DNA from: Octopus vulgaris
Lineage: Eukaryota
Length of the DNA stretch: 64,000 nt
Reading direction: 5' to 3'
Assembly: GCA_951406725.2 (NCBI GenBank)
Contig: OX597816.1
Span: 42,842,001-42,906,000, forward strand
Shown here: one piece after another, positions 47,733-61,034 of the stretch
Position numbering within the stretch: the stretch's first letter is position 1
Layout of the letters: every line of letters starts with the position of its first letter
Notes under the pieces: generated by a model
Databases searched by the model: none
What the model saw: the letters and a program-made list of their open reading frames with translations, nothing else
What the model was told of the DNA's origin: nothing
Program-made: the position numbers and the translations under genes

Positions 47733-48116
47733 GTATAGATATACATATATATATATATATTCATTTATTGATTTATTCATTTACACGATTTTTCATTTCT
47801 ATTAAAACTGATGCTTTCATCTCCATTTCTTACCTATTTTTTCAATTATTGGTTATGATTCCATTGCTTCTTTCTGATTATTTCCTCGTTCCCATGACAC
47901 TCAGTAGAATGGCACAGCATTCTACTGTTATTAATAATGATTTCTTTCGACTATGCTGAGGGACACATTATTCAGGTGAGCTGATATAATCGATGGAAAT
48001 GGCACCTGGTAATAAATGGTACTTATTTTATTGATCCAAATGGAGGTCTATCGCTGACGTCTACCCGATAGTGTCTGAATGCAGTATACATATTGATGTA
48101 TATACATATTTATGTA

Positions 48117-48240
<124 letters not shown>

Positions 48241-48315
48241 CAGATATATCGAAATGCATATGTATGTATACATGTATATATGTATACGTACATATGGACA
48301 CATAGATGGATACAA

Positions 48316-48379
<64 letters not shown>

Positions 48380-49170
48380 TAAGAACGAGAGAGAGATGCC
48401 GCTGCTCTTGTATTTTGCATATATAGATTTAATGTGTACGCATGAGTCTTTGTATATGTTTCCGTGTGTGTGAGAAAATGTTAAATATTGTCATTTAAAT
48501 TTGTTTGTAGGATATGAATATTACGTCAGTTCCGTCGCATAGGGAAATTTTCAATAACCACTTTTTCTTCTTCTAGTTTTATGTATTATGGTGTTCGCTC
48601 CACCGTCTTGTATACGCATTGAAGACTCTTTTTCTTATCTGGTCGTTCCATAAAATAGAAATAGCAAGGCGATATATTTAATATTGCACCATGCTTTGTT
48701 AGATAATAAACGACACGTTAGACAGTCACTTTGACATCGGAGAAAAACGATGGAATAATACTGTTTGTAAATAGAATGAAAAATATATACTTGTACACTC
48801 AAGTGATATATATATATATCACTGTTTAGTATTGACTGTGGGAAAAAAGAGTAGCGATTGATAAAATTCTATTTTAGTCGATAATGGTTCACTTTCCATA
48901 CCGAAACTACTTTGTAAATTTTTTTAATTATTAAATTAATAATTCTTTACCTTGTATCTGTAATGATTTTTTCACTCCCGTACAACAAACTGCAGTTTTC
49001 TTTCTGTGGTGCTATCTTGTGCCGCACATGTTAATCTTCGAGGAAAAATACGAATTCCCTCATCTATATAATTTTGGATGTGCTGACTATCTTCTGTTAT
49101 TTTCCGATGGCGCTTGATCGGGATGCAAAGGGTTGGTTTCTAGCATTTTCAGATTATAAATTCTCGAAAT

Positions 49171-49228
49171 ATTTTGTTGATGACGGAAATGAATTTGTAT
49201 AATTCTAATCCAGAAACGCGTCCATAAT
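49171..49228 (+). ncRNA. type-I hammerhead ribozyme (C3U, slightly decayed)
   Basis: AUUUUG-UUGAUGA-cGGA..GAAUU/AAUUC..UCCa-GAAAC-GC-GUC-CAUAAU. Confidence 0.7.
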
Positions 49229-49443
49229 TAATCGAAGACTGTTTGATTTCGTTATTTTTTCTTCTTTCTGCCTATGTGTCTTACAAATATTGTTATATGT
49301 GGAGTCATATCTGTAGTAAAAAGAATGAACTGTCTTTGGCTTCTACTTCTAAATTTTCGGTATGTAGTGAAGCAACTTGTTGCTTAACCCTTAATTATAT
49401 TTAATTATGTATATATATATAGATAAGTATATAGATATAGATA

Positions 49444-49486
<43 letters not shown>

Positions 49487-49574
49487 TCATAGATATAAAT
49501 ATACCTGTATATCTATATATGTAGATATATATGTATTTATATATGTATATTTATGTCTGGATTCGCCATCATGA

Positions 49575-49752
49575 GATCGCTAGCCACTACACATTCTATA
49601 TTTTCTCTCCGTTTCTTTCTATGTTCCTTTCTGTGTAACAGCGTAGACTCGAAATGTTAAAGACATTTTTACTTCCCGACCGTTAAACTAATATATCTGT
49701 TTGTTGTCTACACTACCTGCCTTCATCTTTTGTTTTTTTGCGAAATCTCCCC
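49575..49752 (+). mobile_element. family B element, degenerate HHR-like motif at 49625-49664
   Basis: Homologous to 15098-15280. Confidence 0.75.
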
Positions 49753-49795
<43 letters not shown>

Positions 49796-49811
49796 TGTGT
49801 GTGTGTGTATA

Positions 49812-50004
49812 GGGAGAGTTTACGAAAACAATAAAAGACGAAGACAGGTGGTGTACAAAACAAACAGATGTATTAGTATTACGCTCAGGAATAGAAAAAG
49901 TTTTTTACGTTTCAAACCTACGCTCTTCTACAGAAAGGGACACAGAAAAAAAAACAAGGAGAGAAACAAGGATAGAAAAAAATTGTGTCTAGTGGCTACC
50001 GATC
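49812..50004 (-). mobile_element. family B element, HHR-like motif at 49903-49937
   Basis: CUGUAGAA-GAGC GUAG GUUU-GAAAC-GUA-AAA. Confidence 0.78.
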
Positions 50005-50060
50005 ATATATATATATATATATACATACATATATGTATATATTTATGTATATATATATAT

Positions 50061-50240
50061 GCAGTGTGGGGGAGACGGGAGGACGAGATGAGGTCGTGGA
50101 TGGTAGAGGAAACCGTCTGTTGGTAGCTGGGCGTGGGGTCAGAGAACAGAGGGCAGTAGAAAGATGTGTCATGGAGTTGGCGGAGAGATTCGGCCCTGTA
50201 GAGGTCCGCGCGCCATACCACCACAGCTCCAACCTTGTCG
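50061..50240 (-). pseudogene. GC-rich PLE RT N-terminal fragment between TA tracts
   Basis: DKVGAVVVWRADLYRAESLRQLHDTSFYCPLFSDPT matches the DKG motif region of Neptune-like PLEs. Confidence 0.85.
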
Positions 50241-50275
<35 letters not shown>

Positions 50276-50277
50276 AA

Positions 50278-50454
50278 GGGAAAGTTTACGAAATTAAACA
50301 AAAGACGAAGGCAGGTGGAGTACAAACAAACAAATGTATTAGTATAGCGCTCAGGAATAGAAAAAGTATTTTACGTTTCGAGCCTACGCTCTTCAACAGA
50401 AAGATACACAGAAAAAAACAAGGAGAGAAAAAATGCGTGTAGGAGCTAACGATC
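50278..50454 (-). mobile_element. family B element, HHR-like motif at 50369-50403
   Basis: UUU-CUGUUGAA-GAGC GUAG GCUC-GAAAC-GUA-AAA. Confidence 0.8.
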
Positions 50455-50526
50455 TACATATATATATATGTGTGTGTGGGTAGGTATGTATGAATGTACG
50501 TATGTATTGCACAAATGTACGTGTTT

Positions 50527-50586
<60 letters not shown>

Positions 50587-51675
50587 TGCGTGTTTGCCTG
50601 TGTCTGACTGTCTTATTATGATGTACTGCACAGTGATATAGGTGATAGTCATTTTCATATGTGACCTGCCAGTTCTATTTTTAAAGTAAACATCGTATTT
50701 TAGCCTCGCTTTGAACAGTTACCAACGTGTTTACATTACACCTCAAATATCTATTAGCAAATCAGAAGCTCTGCCGTTGATTCGTCTTGTTTATCGTCTT
50801 TCGCCTTCATCAAAAATATATCAAAGAACACACTTCCTCTGTCCAGGGACAGCTACTTGCTTCTAGCCATTTATACTGTTTACAAACTTAGATTGATCTA
50901 AAGTGTTCGCTATTTGTACTATTATGCAAGTATATAATTATTTAATATCTTGAAACTGGGAAGTGTTCATATCTGAGTGATGTAGGATTTATTTTACGCA
51001 TATGCTACGACATATGTCTTGCAAACAACTTGCACATGCAAGTGCTACCAGTTGAAAGCTCCGTATACCGGAAGCTAGCAAGTTTATGGTGTCATCAGGA
51101 GAGAATGCGCGCCGTTTCGGAGCCTACCTCTCGACGGCATCAATGCGCACCGGCCCCCTCACTGATATGAGGCCCCGCTTGCTAGATCAGCTGGTTATGA
51201 AGAACTCAATATACTTCTAGCCATTGCTCATCATCTCTTTTTAACACAAATTCAAAAGTAAACGTAAAACCCATACAAGACCCACACATCCACAGACTAA
51301 CCTACTCATTTACATATGCAAGTATACACGCACATGTATGTATGTATCTATTTATGTATGCATGTATGTATGTATGCATGCATGTATGTGTGCATACATG
51401 TATATTGGGGAAACGTCGCACAGTGTTTTAAGGTGTAACGTCGGGAGAACATACAAACCACAATATATCTATGCAACCTTTTAATATATTTCAATTGACT
51501 TACTATAAGAAATACTAAACTTCTAAATCTCTCGTAGAGACATGTATGGTGGTGGGGCGATAGAATGGTTGTATACTGTCAATCTAACACGAACGATGGC
51601 TTTGACACGTTTTTCCCTGTGTTCTTATATACATTTACGAAGGGGAGACAAACACCCCCGGCCGCCGGAGCTGCA

Positions 51676-51720
51676 TCTAGGGACACGTGTTTCAGGATCA
51701 TTGTCCTTCATCGGCCTAGA
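51676..51720 (-). ncRNA. type-I hammerhead ribozyme (U4C core)
   Basis: UCUAGG-CCGAUGA-AGGA caauga UCCU-GAAAC-ACGU-GUC-CCUAGA. All stems are perfect and loop III is palindromic. Confidence 0.85.
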
Positions 51721-52027
51721 GTAGCAGACACCGGTCAGCTGGCGATATTTGTCTCGACTTCGCATTGTATATATCTATAATTCTGTGTCTATTTGTACAA
51801 AGAGAAAGAAAAAGTGAGAGAGAGTCAATAGATGAGATTCAGAGAAGCTCGATATATAGGAAACACTGAGTAGCAGCCAAATGATTTGAACTTATACTCC
51901 GAAATCTTTACCGAGGTCTAAGTCCACGGGTTTATAGAGGTGCTACAAGAGGATTCCAGGAGAGCAGATATGGGTGATAATGATTCAAATAAATATAGAA
52001 AAAATGTTTGGGCTAGATATACAAAAT

Positions 52028-52434
52028 AGGAGTGGCTGTGTAGTAAGTAGCTTGCTTACCAGCCACATGGTTCCGGGTTCAGTCTCACAGCGTGGCACCT
52101 TGGGCAAGTGTCTTCTACTATAGCCTCGGGCCGACCAACGCCTTGTGAGTGAATTTGGTCGACGGAAAGTGAAAGAAGCCTATCGTATATATGTATATAT
52201 TCATTTATGCGCGTGTGTGTTTGTGTGTCTGTGTTTGTCCCCCTAGCATTACTTGACAACCGACGCTGGTGTGTTTATGTCCCCGTCACTTAACGGTTCG
52301 GCAAACGAGACAGATATGATAAATACTGGGCTTACAAAAAATAAACCCCGGGGTCGTGTTGCTCGATTAAAGGTGGTGCTCCAGCATGGCTGCAGTCAAC
52401 TGACTGAAACAAGTAAAAGAGTAAAAGAGTAAAG
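52028..52434 (+). mobile_element. SINE family 1, full length
   Basis: aggagtggctgtgtagtaagtagc...ggttcagtc...(AAAAGAGT)n tail. Confidence 0.92.
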
Positions 52435-53799
52435 ATTATATACATGGAAAAAGAGAGAAAAACAAGTGTGAAAATCTTACAATTAATATTCATGTAGAAA
52501 TATGTACATGTTTATATGTTAATGGGGAAGACGTATACAGAATACGAAAACACAGAAAATTAAGGAGAGAATGTATGGTGATATAAGTCCGTCAGCTGTT
52601 TCTGGGGTCTCGGGATTACATCGTTATGTTGGCAAATGTTCTTCCAAAAATAAAGGATATGCAACCGGTAATTGAAGCACATAAACATTAGGTAGACCCG
52701 TAAAGGTCTTCAGGGCTGAGAGATAAGTACATAACCTAGATACTTACTTAGAATTAAGCTCCCGAATTGCAATGATTTTTACCGAATTTCCAGTTTTGGT
52801 AATAAAAGTTTATTGATTTATTGAGGCTTAATAACCAGATTAGATTTGGGGAAATCAAAAGAGACCTGGGTTTGAATGTGGTCTTATTGTATGTCATCGA
52901 CTATAGTATACCATGTATCTTTCCTTCTTTTTTTTTTAGTTATTTACCTATAATTAGATAGAGCGTAAATTATTACCAGTACTTTACACAAAGATGGTAT
53001 GTATTTGATGGAAGCAGTGATTGTTCTTTTCTTTCCGTCAGTTTAGAAATATGATATCATTTGTTTAAAATACCTGTATTTCTTTTCTGATTAAATTTTG
53101 TATTCAAAGACATTGTAAAAGTTGCTAAAAGCGTTCTTTCCTACGGATACATTAAATGGATCATTTTGGTTAGATTTTTCATAGACTATAGTTGTTTCAT
53201 ATTGGAACATGTATTTTCTTCGACACAGATTCTAATGCAATATTTGTCACTGATGTTGCGTACTATGTTAATTAATTTTTCATATATTCTAGACCAGTTT
53301 GGCTAGTTCTGTTAACGATAAATGTGTGCCACTTCTACACTTTTGGCTGGTAAGTTTCCTCAATATTCATTTGATTACCTATTATTATATATTTATTTAT
53401 TTATATATCCTTGTTAATGTGTTTCATTACTGCTGTATTGTGATTGTATTGTTTTTGTATATAATTTAATTTGATCTGGTTGGTTATTCTACCTGTATAA
53501 GTGTGCTTCCATTATTTCATTATAACTTATGGGATTACGTCTTTACAGTTATGTATGCATACGTATATATGTTTCCTATTATGTATGAAACTTAAGCAAT
53601 AGTAGCCGAAAAGTGGGCCCCATGAGGCAGGGTTCATCATTACGCGAACTGCGCTACAAAAAGAAACCAAGGAAACATTTCATTAGGACTGCTATTGAGA
53701 AATTCCCCAGTTTGCCCATGGTTGTTCTATACTTTGAATATTGTTAATAATGAATGTCAGGCGTCTCACATTACCAGTGTTAATGTTGCGTTGCCAGAA

Positions 53800-54395
53800 G
53801 GCGGCGAGCTGGCAGGAACGTCAGCGCGCCGGGTGAAATGTTTAGCGGTATTTCGTCTGCCGCTACGTTCTGAGTTCAAATTCCGCCGAGGTCGACTTTG
53901 CATTTCATCCTTTCGGAGTCGACAAATTAAGTGACTGGGGTCGATGTAATCGAGTTAATCCGTTTGCCTGTCCTTGTTTGTCCTCTCTCTGTTTAGTCCC
54001 TTGTGGTTAGTAAAGAAGTAGGTATTTCGTCTGCAGCTACGTTCTGAGTTCAAATTTCGCCGAGGTTGACTTTGCCTTTCATCCTTTCGGGGTCGATAAA
54101 TTAAGTACGCACTGGAGTCGAGGTAATCGACTTAATCCCGTTGTCTGTGCTTGCTTCTCCTCTCGTTGTTTAGTCCCTTTTGGGCAATAAAGAAATAAGA
54201 AACGTCAGCGCGCCGGGTGAAATGCTTAGCGGTATTTCGTCTGTCTTTATGTTCTGAGTTCAAATTCCGCCGAGGTCGCCTTCGCCTTTCATCCTTTCGG
54301 GATCGATAAATAAAGTACCTGTAGCGTACTGGTGTCGATCTAATCGACTAGCTTGCTCTCTTAAAATTTCGGCCTTGTGCCTTCAGTAGAAACGA
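53800..54395 (+). mobile_element. SINE family 2 trimeric concatemer
   Basis: Body repeated three times, restarting at ~54021 and ~54201. Confidence 0.88.
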
Positions 54396-55894
54396 ATATT
54401 TGAGAATTCGAAGATGATATATCTTTTCCTTTCACTGGGGATCATTGAGGAAAATACTTCGGTAACTTAGACTATTGTGTACCTAGATCTTAATATTTTT
54501 CAACAAGTAATAGTGGAGTTATTGGATTCATGTATATACAAAGTAATTAGTTTTGCGATTGAAGAAAGAAAGATAGGTAAATTTGCCCTTGCCTATACCG
54601 ATGTCACTAAATGTTCTATATTGGCTAAATACTTTACAGTTTATGAGATTTTCCATGAGTTTCAAATGAAAAGCAAAATCTTTATTGTCAATTCTCTGGG
54701 TAGAACACATAGAAGAGGCTCAGGAAAGGAGACTTGCCAAATACCAAGAACTGGCATAGCGGTGCTAACAGGCAGGCAGGCAGTGGGGCAACATATGTTG
54801 AATTTTGAGGTTTTGTGGAACGTTCATCCTGGAAAGCTCTGACTGGATTTGGAGTTTTTCTTGTTGCAAAGAGACGGGGTACAAATTCATTTGCAGAAGC
54901 TGCAGAGAAGGCCATTTGGTGTCTTTGGATAAAGAGGGCAGACCAGTGGTTTGAGGCTGTGGGGATGTCTTTTGGGAGTTGATCAATTCCGGTTGCATCA
55001 ATAAAGCTTCAAAGATAACAAGGGGGATTTGGATGAAGGCAGCAGTCCCATGGACTAAATTATTCACAAGCATGTTGGGACTTAATTAAGTTGGGACTTA
55101 ATGTTGAGACAATGTTTGGACTTAATTAGTCAGCTCGACTAGGGGGTTTGATGTTTAAAGACATATAAGCCCCTTAGATACCTAAAATATCACTGACGAT
55201 GCATCCTACAGCATCCGCAAGATGTATCTAGATATTAAACTAATTACATTTATAATTATAATATAACCACGATAATGATGATATCATGTTTAGCAAAGAG
55301 TATCGCAAATTGAAAGTCATTATAGACATGAAATCGAGTGGTTTTATAATGGATGTTTTTGACATTGTTGACAAAGGTTGCTTCATATTTCTAGAAAATT
55401 CTACATTTAGCTTTATAAACATCGCATCAAATAAATAATTAATTATCTCAAAATGTTTTAAAATTCATTCATTTGAACGTATAATTACACAAATACGAAG
55501 CATGCTAGAAAGTTTACTCATGTTTCACACACCCTGTTTATATTGCTGGAATATTTAATTTACTCTTCATTGCTAAATATGAAACATCTATATTTGTCAT
55601 TGTTTCATGAGCACTTAATGTTTACCTTTTTCGCTTTCATTTTAGCAATAATCAAGCAAAGTATCCCCCGGTTTTCGTTCTTCTCTTCCACTCTATCTTT
55701 CTCTATCTCTCACTCACATTAAATAATACAATGTAGGCAAGTATATGAGACACTATTGAATGCTTATGTATATGTGTGTGCATATGTGTATGAGCGTATT
55801 TGAATGCACATGTTTACCTTCATAGGTAGAAGATCATAGGTTTATATATAGGTGCATAACTGCGTGTAAGTAGGAAATAATATATGTATATACA

Positions 55895-56072
55895 TATTAG
55901 TTCAGTAAAATTTAGATTCAGATGAATATGGTACTTAAGTTGAAGGCACCAGAATTTAGTATGGTAGTATCCATATATTTAAAAATAAGTTGATTACAAT
56001 CAAAATAAGCAACAAATATATCCAGAGGTAGAGGTAATGCAGTACGATCGTTTCATGCGATTCCATTTAATT
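55895..56072 (-). mobile_element. family C element, 5'-truncated inside the HHR
   Basis: Homologous to 31899-32070. Retains GAAAC-GAUC-GUA-CUGCA and ends in TA. Confidence 0.8.
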
Positions 56073-57197
56073 GATATATATATATATATAAATGTGTTTC
56101 TGTGTTTGTTTGAGTGTATGTATGCGTGCGACTATGTGCTAAAATATATATATCTGTATAAAACGATACGTTTAAGCTGCTCAAATACTAGAATACTCAA
56201 TGAAATGTATGGTGTTGAAGATATATATTAACCAACTATTGACAGGCAGGTTCTGGATGTTTGATTGAAAACTACACTGAATCACAACACATACAACTTA
56301 TTTATATAGTGGTGTATATAAATAGAAAAAAATGTTTTATTACAAAGCTATGGCAAAATATATTAATGAATGGAATTGCCATAAAGATATTTAGAATGCA
56401 ATGTATTAAATTGAATATCTTAACGAGTATTCGAAATAATTTTAGTGGTAAATGTTCTACGTCAGGATACTCACAAAATGTAGTGCTACAACCTAACTAA
56501 ATGAAATATGGTTATTTGAGATACGTAAACCAATGAACATAAACTAAAAGTACAAGACCGGTTACTTCCCAAAGTAAATAATACCTCATTCTGATCTGTG
56601 ATCTGTAAATAGATTAGTTGGCAAACAAAAGATATGAACATCCAGTTAGCGTCTGGAAACACCCAAGGTATAAATTTACCAATTGAATTCCTATTCGAGT
56701 TCATCAAACATCTACCTATGGGTCTCACAGGTAAATTTTCAACGAATAAATCTGAGAAAGTTCTGTAAAAGCAATGTCGCTTATAATAAATTATTCTAGA
56801 AACTATTTGATATACTGCGTGCCGGATTTTAAATTGTGATTCCTTCCATTTTTATAACTGCACCATAAAAGATGGGGTCTTGACTTAACATCCGTAAAAC
56901 CGGATGCCTTTCGGTATTTGTTTCAGCGTTATGCAGTTTGAGATCAAATCACTCCATGATGTTAGATTTAAGCCATCACCTGGGTATAAAAACATCAGGC
57001 TTTGGGTGCGTTTGTAAAATTCGTCTTTGTTCAAATGATTCAGGCCAGGATTGGAGATTAATTATGGCATTCTGCGCCTCATCCACCAGTTATAGATACC
57101 TTGAAATCGCCCACTGAGGGCGTTTTCCTCCTGATTAAAAGATTCATACATGTGAATCCATGTAACTTGCATATATTTATGTAAAAAAAAATATCGA

Positions 57198-58812
57198 TAT
57201 AGCTGTTTGGTAAGAAGTTTACCTGCCAACAACACATTTCCGGGTTCAGTCCCACTGTGCATTATTAGGGAAAATAACTTCTAAAACTCGGACTGACGGA
57301 TTCCGAGTGAGTGGATTAGGCAGATGAAACGTGAAATAAGGTTGCCATATATACAGTGCGGGGAAATAAATATTCCTACATGTCAAAATTATTTATCTAT
57401 TTAATTTCTAATTAACATAAATGGGATATACCAATACTATATTTGCATACAGATGCATAAACTAAGAATATGCAAAAGAAACTAATAAATTATAGTAACT
57501 TAAGGAATTTATATACAATCATAAATATTTAGGGGTGAAAAAAGTATTCGTAAAGAATAAATTTATGAACATAAAGTAGTATTGTAATAATGGCGAAAAG
57601 TAAAGAACTCACAAATACAGTGAAACATTTAATTGCTGAACAGAGGAAAGCAGGTAAAAGTTACAGGAAAATATCAAAGACCCTTTGTATTCCATTTTCT
57701 ACCATATCTTCATTTATTCAAAGATATAAAAAAATCGGGAACTGTTAAAAACAGGATAAGATCCAGTGCACCATGCAATATGTCCCCTAGAAAAAATGAA
57801 GTGAACAATCGAAAAAAAAACGTAATAATCACCAGAAGGGAGTTGCAAGAAGATTTGTTAGTTTCAGGGGCTAGTGTTACAATATGAACAATCAGCAATG
57901 AACTTCATAGGAATGAACTGAAGTCACCCTTTCCTAGAAAAACTCTGCTATTGACTAAAAGGCATAGAGATGCCCGTTTAAAATTTGTTTATGAAGATAA
58001 AGATAAACCTGATACATTCTGGAAAAATGTTCTATGGACAGACGAGTCGAAAATTGAATTGTTTGAAAGAAATTCGTGTAGCCATGTTTGGAGGAAAGAT
58101 GGTACTGCCTATTCGCCGAAAAACACAATTCCTACCATAAAGTTTGGTGGTGGCAATATCATGGTGTGGGGGTGTTTCTCTGCAAATGGTACTAGCAATT
58201 TACATGTGATAGATGGTAGAATGAATGCAGATATGTACCAAAATATTTTGAACAATAATTTATGGGACTCTGTAGAAAAGCTCCAGCTTTGTGAAGTGTG
58301 GGTTTTACAACAGGATAACTGTTGTGGAACTGAATAATGGTTATGCTACGCAGTATTAAATCAGAATTATCAGTTATTTATGTTCTATACGAATACTTTT
58401 TTCACCGCTAAATATTTATAATTGTATATAAATTCCTTAGTAGCTATAATTTATTAGTTTCTTTTGGATATTCTTAGTTTATGCATGTATATGCAAATAT
58501 AGTATTGGTATATTCCTTTTATGTTCATTAGAAATCAGATAAATAAAGAATTTTGACATGTACGAATATTTATTTCCTCCCACTGTATGTATGCATGAGG
58601 GGGGTGTCTGTGGGGAGGCTGTGGGGGGCTGTGAGCCCGTGAGTGCGTGTGTCTTCCTGTCTATGTTAGAGAGTTTACGTCCCCGTAACTAGAGATTGGA
58701 CAAAAGAGATTAATAAAATAAGTACCAAGCATAAAATGTGCTGTAGCCGATTCGTTCAAGGAAAATCTGTGGTGCTCTAACATGGCTGTAACTTATGAAG
58801 ATAAAAGATAAA
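57198..58812 (+). mobile_element. old SINE family 1 copy interrupted by the Tc1 element
   Basis: Head at 57198-57350 (tggtaagaagttt..cgggttcagtcccactg); tail at ~58670-58812 (tttacgtccccgtaact..ggtgctctaacatggc..ataaaagataaaag). Confidence 0.7.
57354..58585 (+). mobile_element. Tc1-family DNA transposon with ~200-bp IR/DR-type TIRs; defective transposase
   Basis: TA|CAGTG...CACTG|TA ends; TIRs 57354-57552 and 58388-58585. ATG at 57590 (MAKSKEL), then [23 protein letters not shown]. Frameshifts, and the third catalytic residue region is deleted. Confidence 0.93.
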
Positions 58813-58876
58813 GTTGGTTGTTGAACTGTTTCAGACAGGCAGCTTATCTAAAATTATACGATGATTATTCATTTAT

Positions 58877-59248
58877 ATTCTTTTATTTGCTGCAGTTATT
58901 TGAGTGCACCCATGCTGGAGCACCGCCTTTAGTCGCGCAAATCGATCCCGGGCTTATTCTTTGTAAACCCAATACTTATTCTATCGTTCTCTCAAGCCGA
59001 ACCGCTACGTTATGGGACGTAGACACACCAGCATCGGTTGTCAAGCGATGTTGGTGGGGACAAACACAGGCACATTTATATATCTATATACGACTTTCAG
59101 TTTCAGTCTACCAAATCCACTCACAAGGCTTTGGTTGGCCCGAAGCTATAGTAGAAGAGTCTTGCCGAAGTTGCCACGCAGTGGGACTGAACTCGGAACT
59201 ATGTGGTTCGTAAGCAAGCTACTTACTACACAGCTACTCCTGCGCCTA
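58877..59248 (-). mobile_element. SINE family 1, full length
   Basis: Same sequence as the other family 1 copies. Confidence 0.9.
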
Positions 59249-60328
59249 TATATGAACATATGTTAAAAGGTTTATATATTCGACAGAGGTAGTTTTAATA
59301 CCGAGAGGTAATATTTATTCCCACTTAAACGTGGATGTTCCATGTGTTCCGTTTCTGACTTCAATGTGTGAAACTTTTATATTGGCTGTTTGTTACAAAA
59401 TCCACTCATGTTTATATCGTTAACGGGAAGATAAATTCCTGCTCCCTCCAGCGCTGGAATCACCAGATTACGTGATATCGACGTTGTCTGCTCTTGTCAA
59501 TGATGGTCACTCGACCGCTAGGGGCAGCAGCGATTCATCTCCCCGCCAGCGATATATAGATTGACTGTGCCAGAACAGGGGCTGGTGTCGCGATTAGCCA
59601 ATTAGCTTTTGAAAAAATATATAAGGGGCAGAGGTATTATTAATGCAGAGAGGTAATATTTATCCCTACATAAATGTAGATGTTCTATTAGAACAAACTA
59701 TGCTCCACTTGTTATCACGAGGGAAAATCTTATATTTTCATTTTGGTGCAAATTGCAATTTTCATATCGCTAGCGTAAGTGTGACCGTAGAGACGTGACG
59801 TATCTTTCAGTGCCCCAGTCCTCTAACCCATTATTAGGTGACACAGACTCTACGGGTCAATACTTGAAACACTAGGCCAATATTTTACTATCTGTATACT
59901 ACTTCTAAACGAACACAGAAACATGAAGATGCGAAACAACTTATGAGTTGCCATTATCCTTATACATTTTTCTCCACGATTATGATTCAACCTATGTTTG
60001 TCCAAGAGGTCATTGACATATAGGTTTATATAGAGGTAAATTATAATAGTGATGTATAATTGCAATTTAGAATAATTTGGATTAGATGTTTGTGTTTGTT
60101 ATTTGTTGGTAATTTGGCCGACAGTCTTACATAACATTTCTCTATCCAGAATCATAATTGCCAGCTAATTTACGACGAGTATACAGCGAGAAATGAATAC
60201 AAAATGGAGGACATCAAAATAAACAGTAAGAGACACAAGGTGAGAGCGATCTACTCGTATATTGCTGAGTATATAGAGGGAAATGAATGATTAAAGCTGA
60301 TAGATAGATAGAGCGAGAGAGATAGTTG

Positions 60329-60395
<67 letters not shown>

Positions 60396-60490
60396 GCTGA
60401 TGCAGCATTTGTAATTCAGAGATATATAATTATGCGTAATAATAATAATAAATATTATAATAATAATAATAATAATAATAATGATAATAA

Positions 60491-60544
<54 letters not shown>

Positions 60545-60648
60545 GGCACCATTCTTTTATCTTGGTAAGTAATTAACATTAAATACGTAACTGTACATAT
60601 AACTAAATACACATTTATGTATAAATATGCAAACACATGCATATACAA

Positions 60649-60705
<57 letters not shown>

Positions 60706-60810
60706 GATAGATGCATCTACACGCTTATATTTACTTATATATACATATATACACACATGTAAATTTCTGCTTGATACACACTCGTTTATATAAATAGGAA
60801 TACACACACG

Positions 60811-60845
<35 letters not shown>

Positions 60846-60887
60846 TGTGTGTGTGTGTGTATGTGTGTGTGAATGTGCAAATATCTA

Positions 60888-60954
<67 letters not shown>

Positions 60955-60987
60955 GATGTACATATATATGTGTATATATGTATATGA

Positions 60988-61034
<47 letters not shown>

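Noticed and set aside
51085-51152. GAAAC and CTGATGA close together on the minus strand
   Set aside because: Could not be folded into a consistent type I, II or III hammerhead; at most a decayed relic.
52500-55100. Possible decayed PLE coding relic on the minus strand around the SINE trimer
   Set aside because: Only vague peptide resemblances and many stops; needs tBLASTn or HMM confirmation.
55185-55236. CTGACGA with flanking stems
   Set aside because: The GAAA half of the core is absent.
56505-56605. Possible signal-peptide exon (MRYYLLWEVTGLVLLVYVHWF) after a good splice acceptor on the minus strand
   Set aside because: Weak donor site, no supporting exons, and expected by chance in AT-rich DNA.
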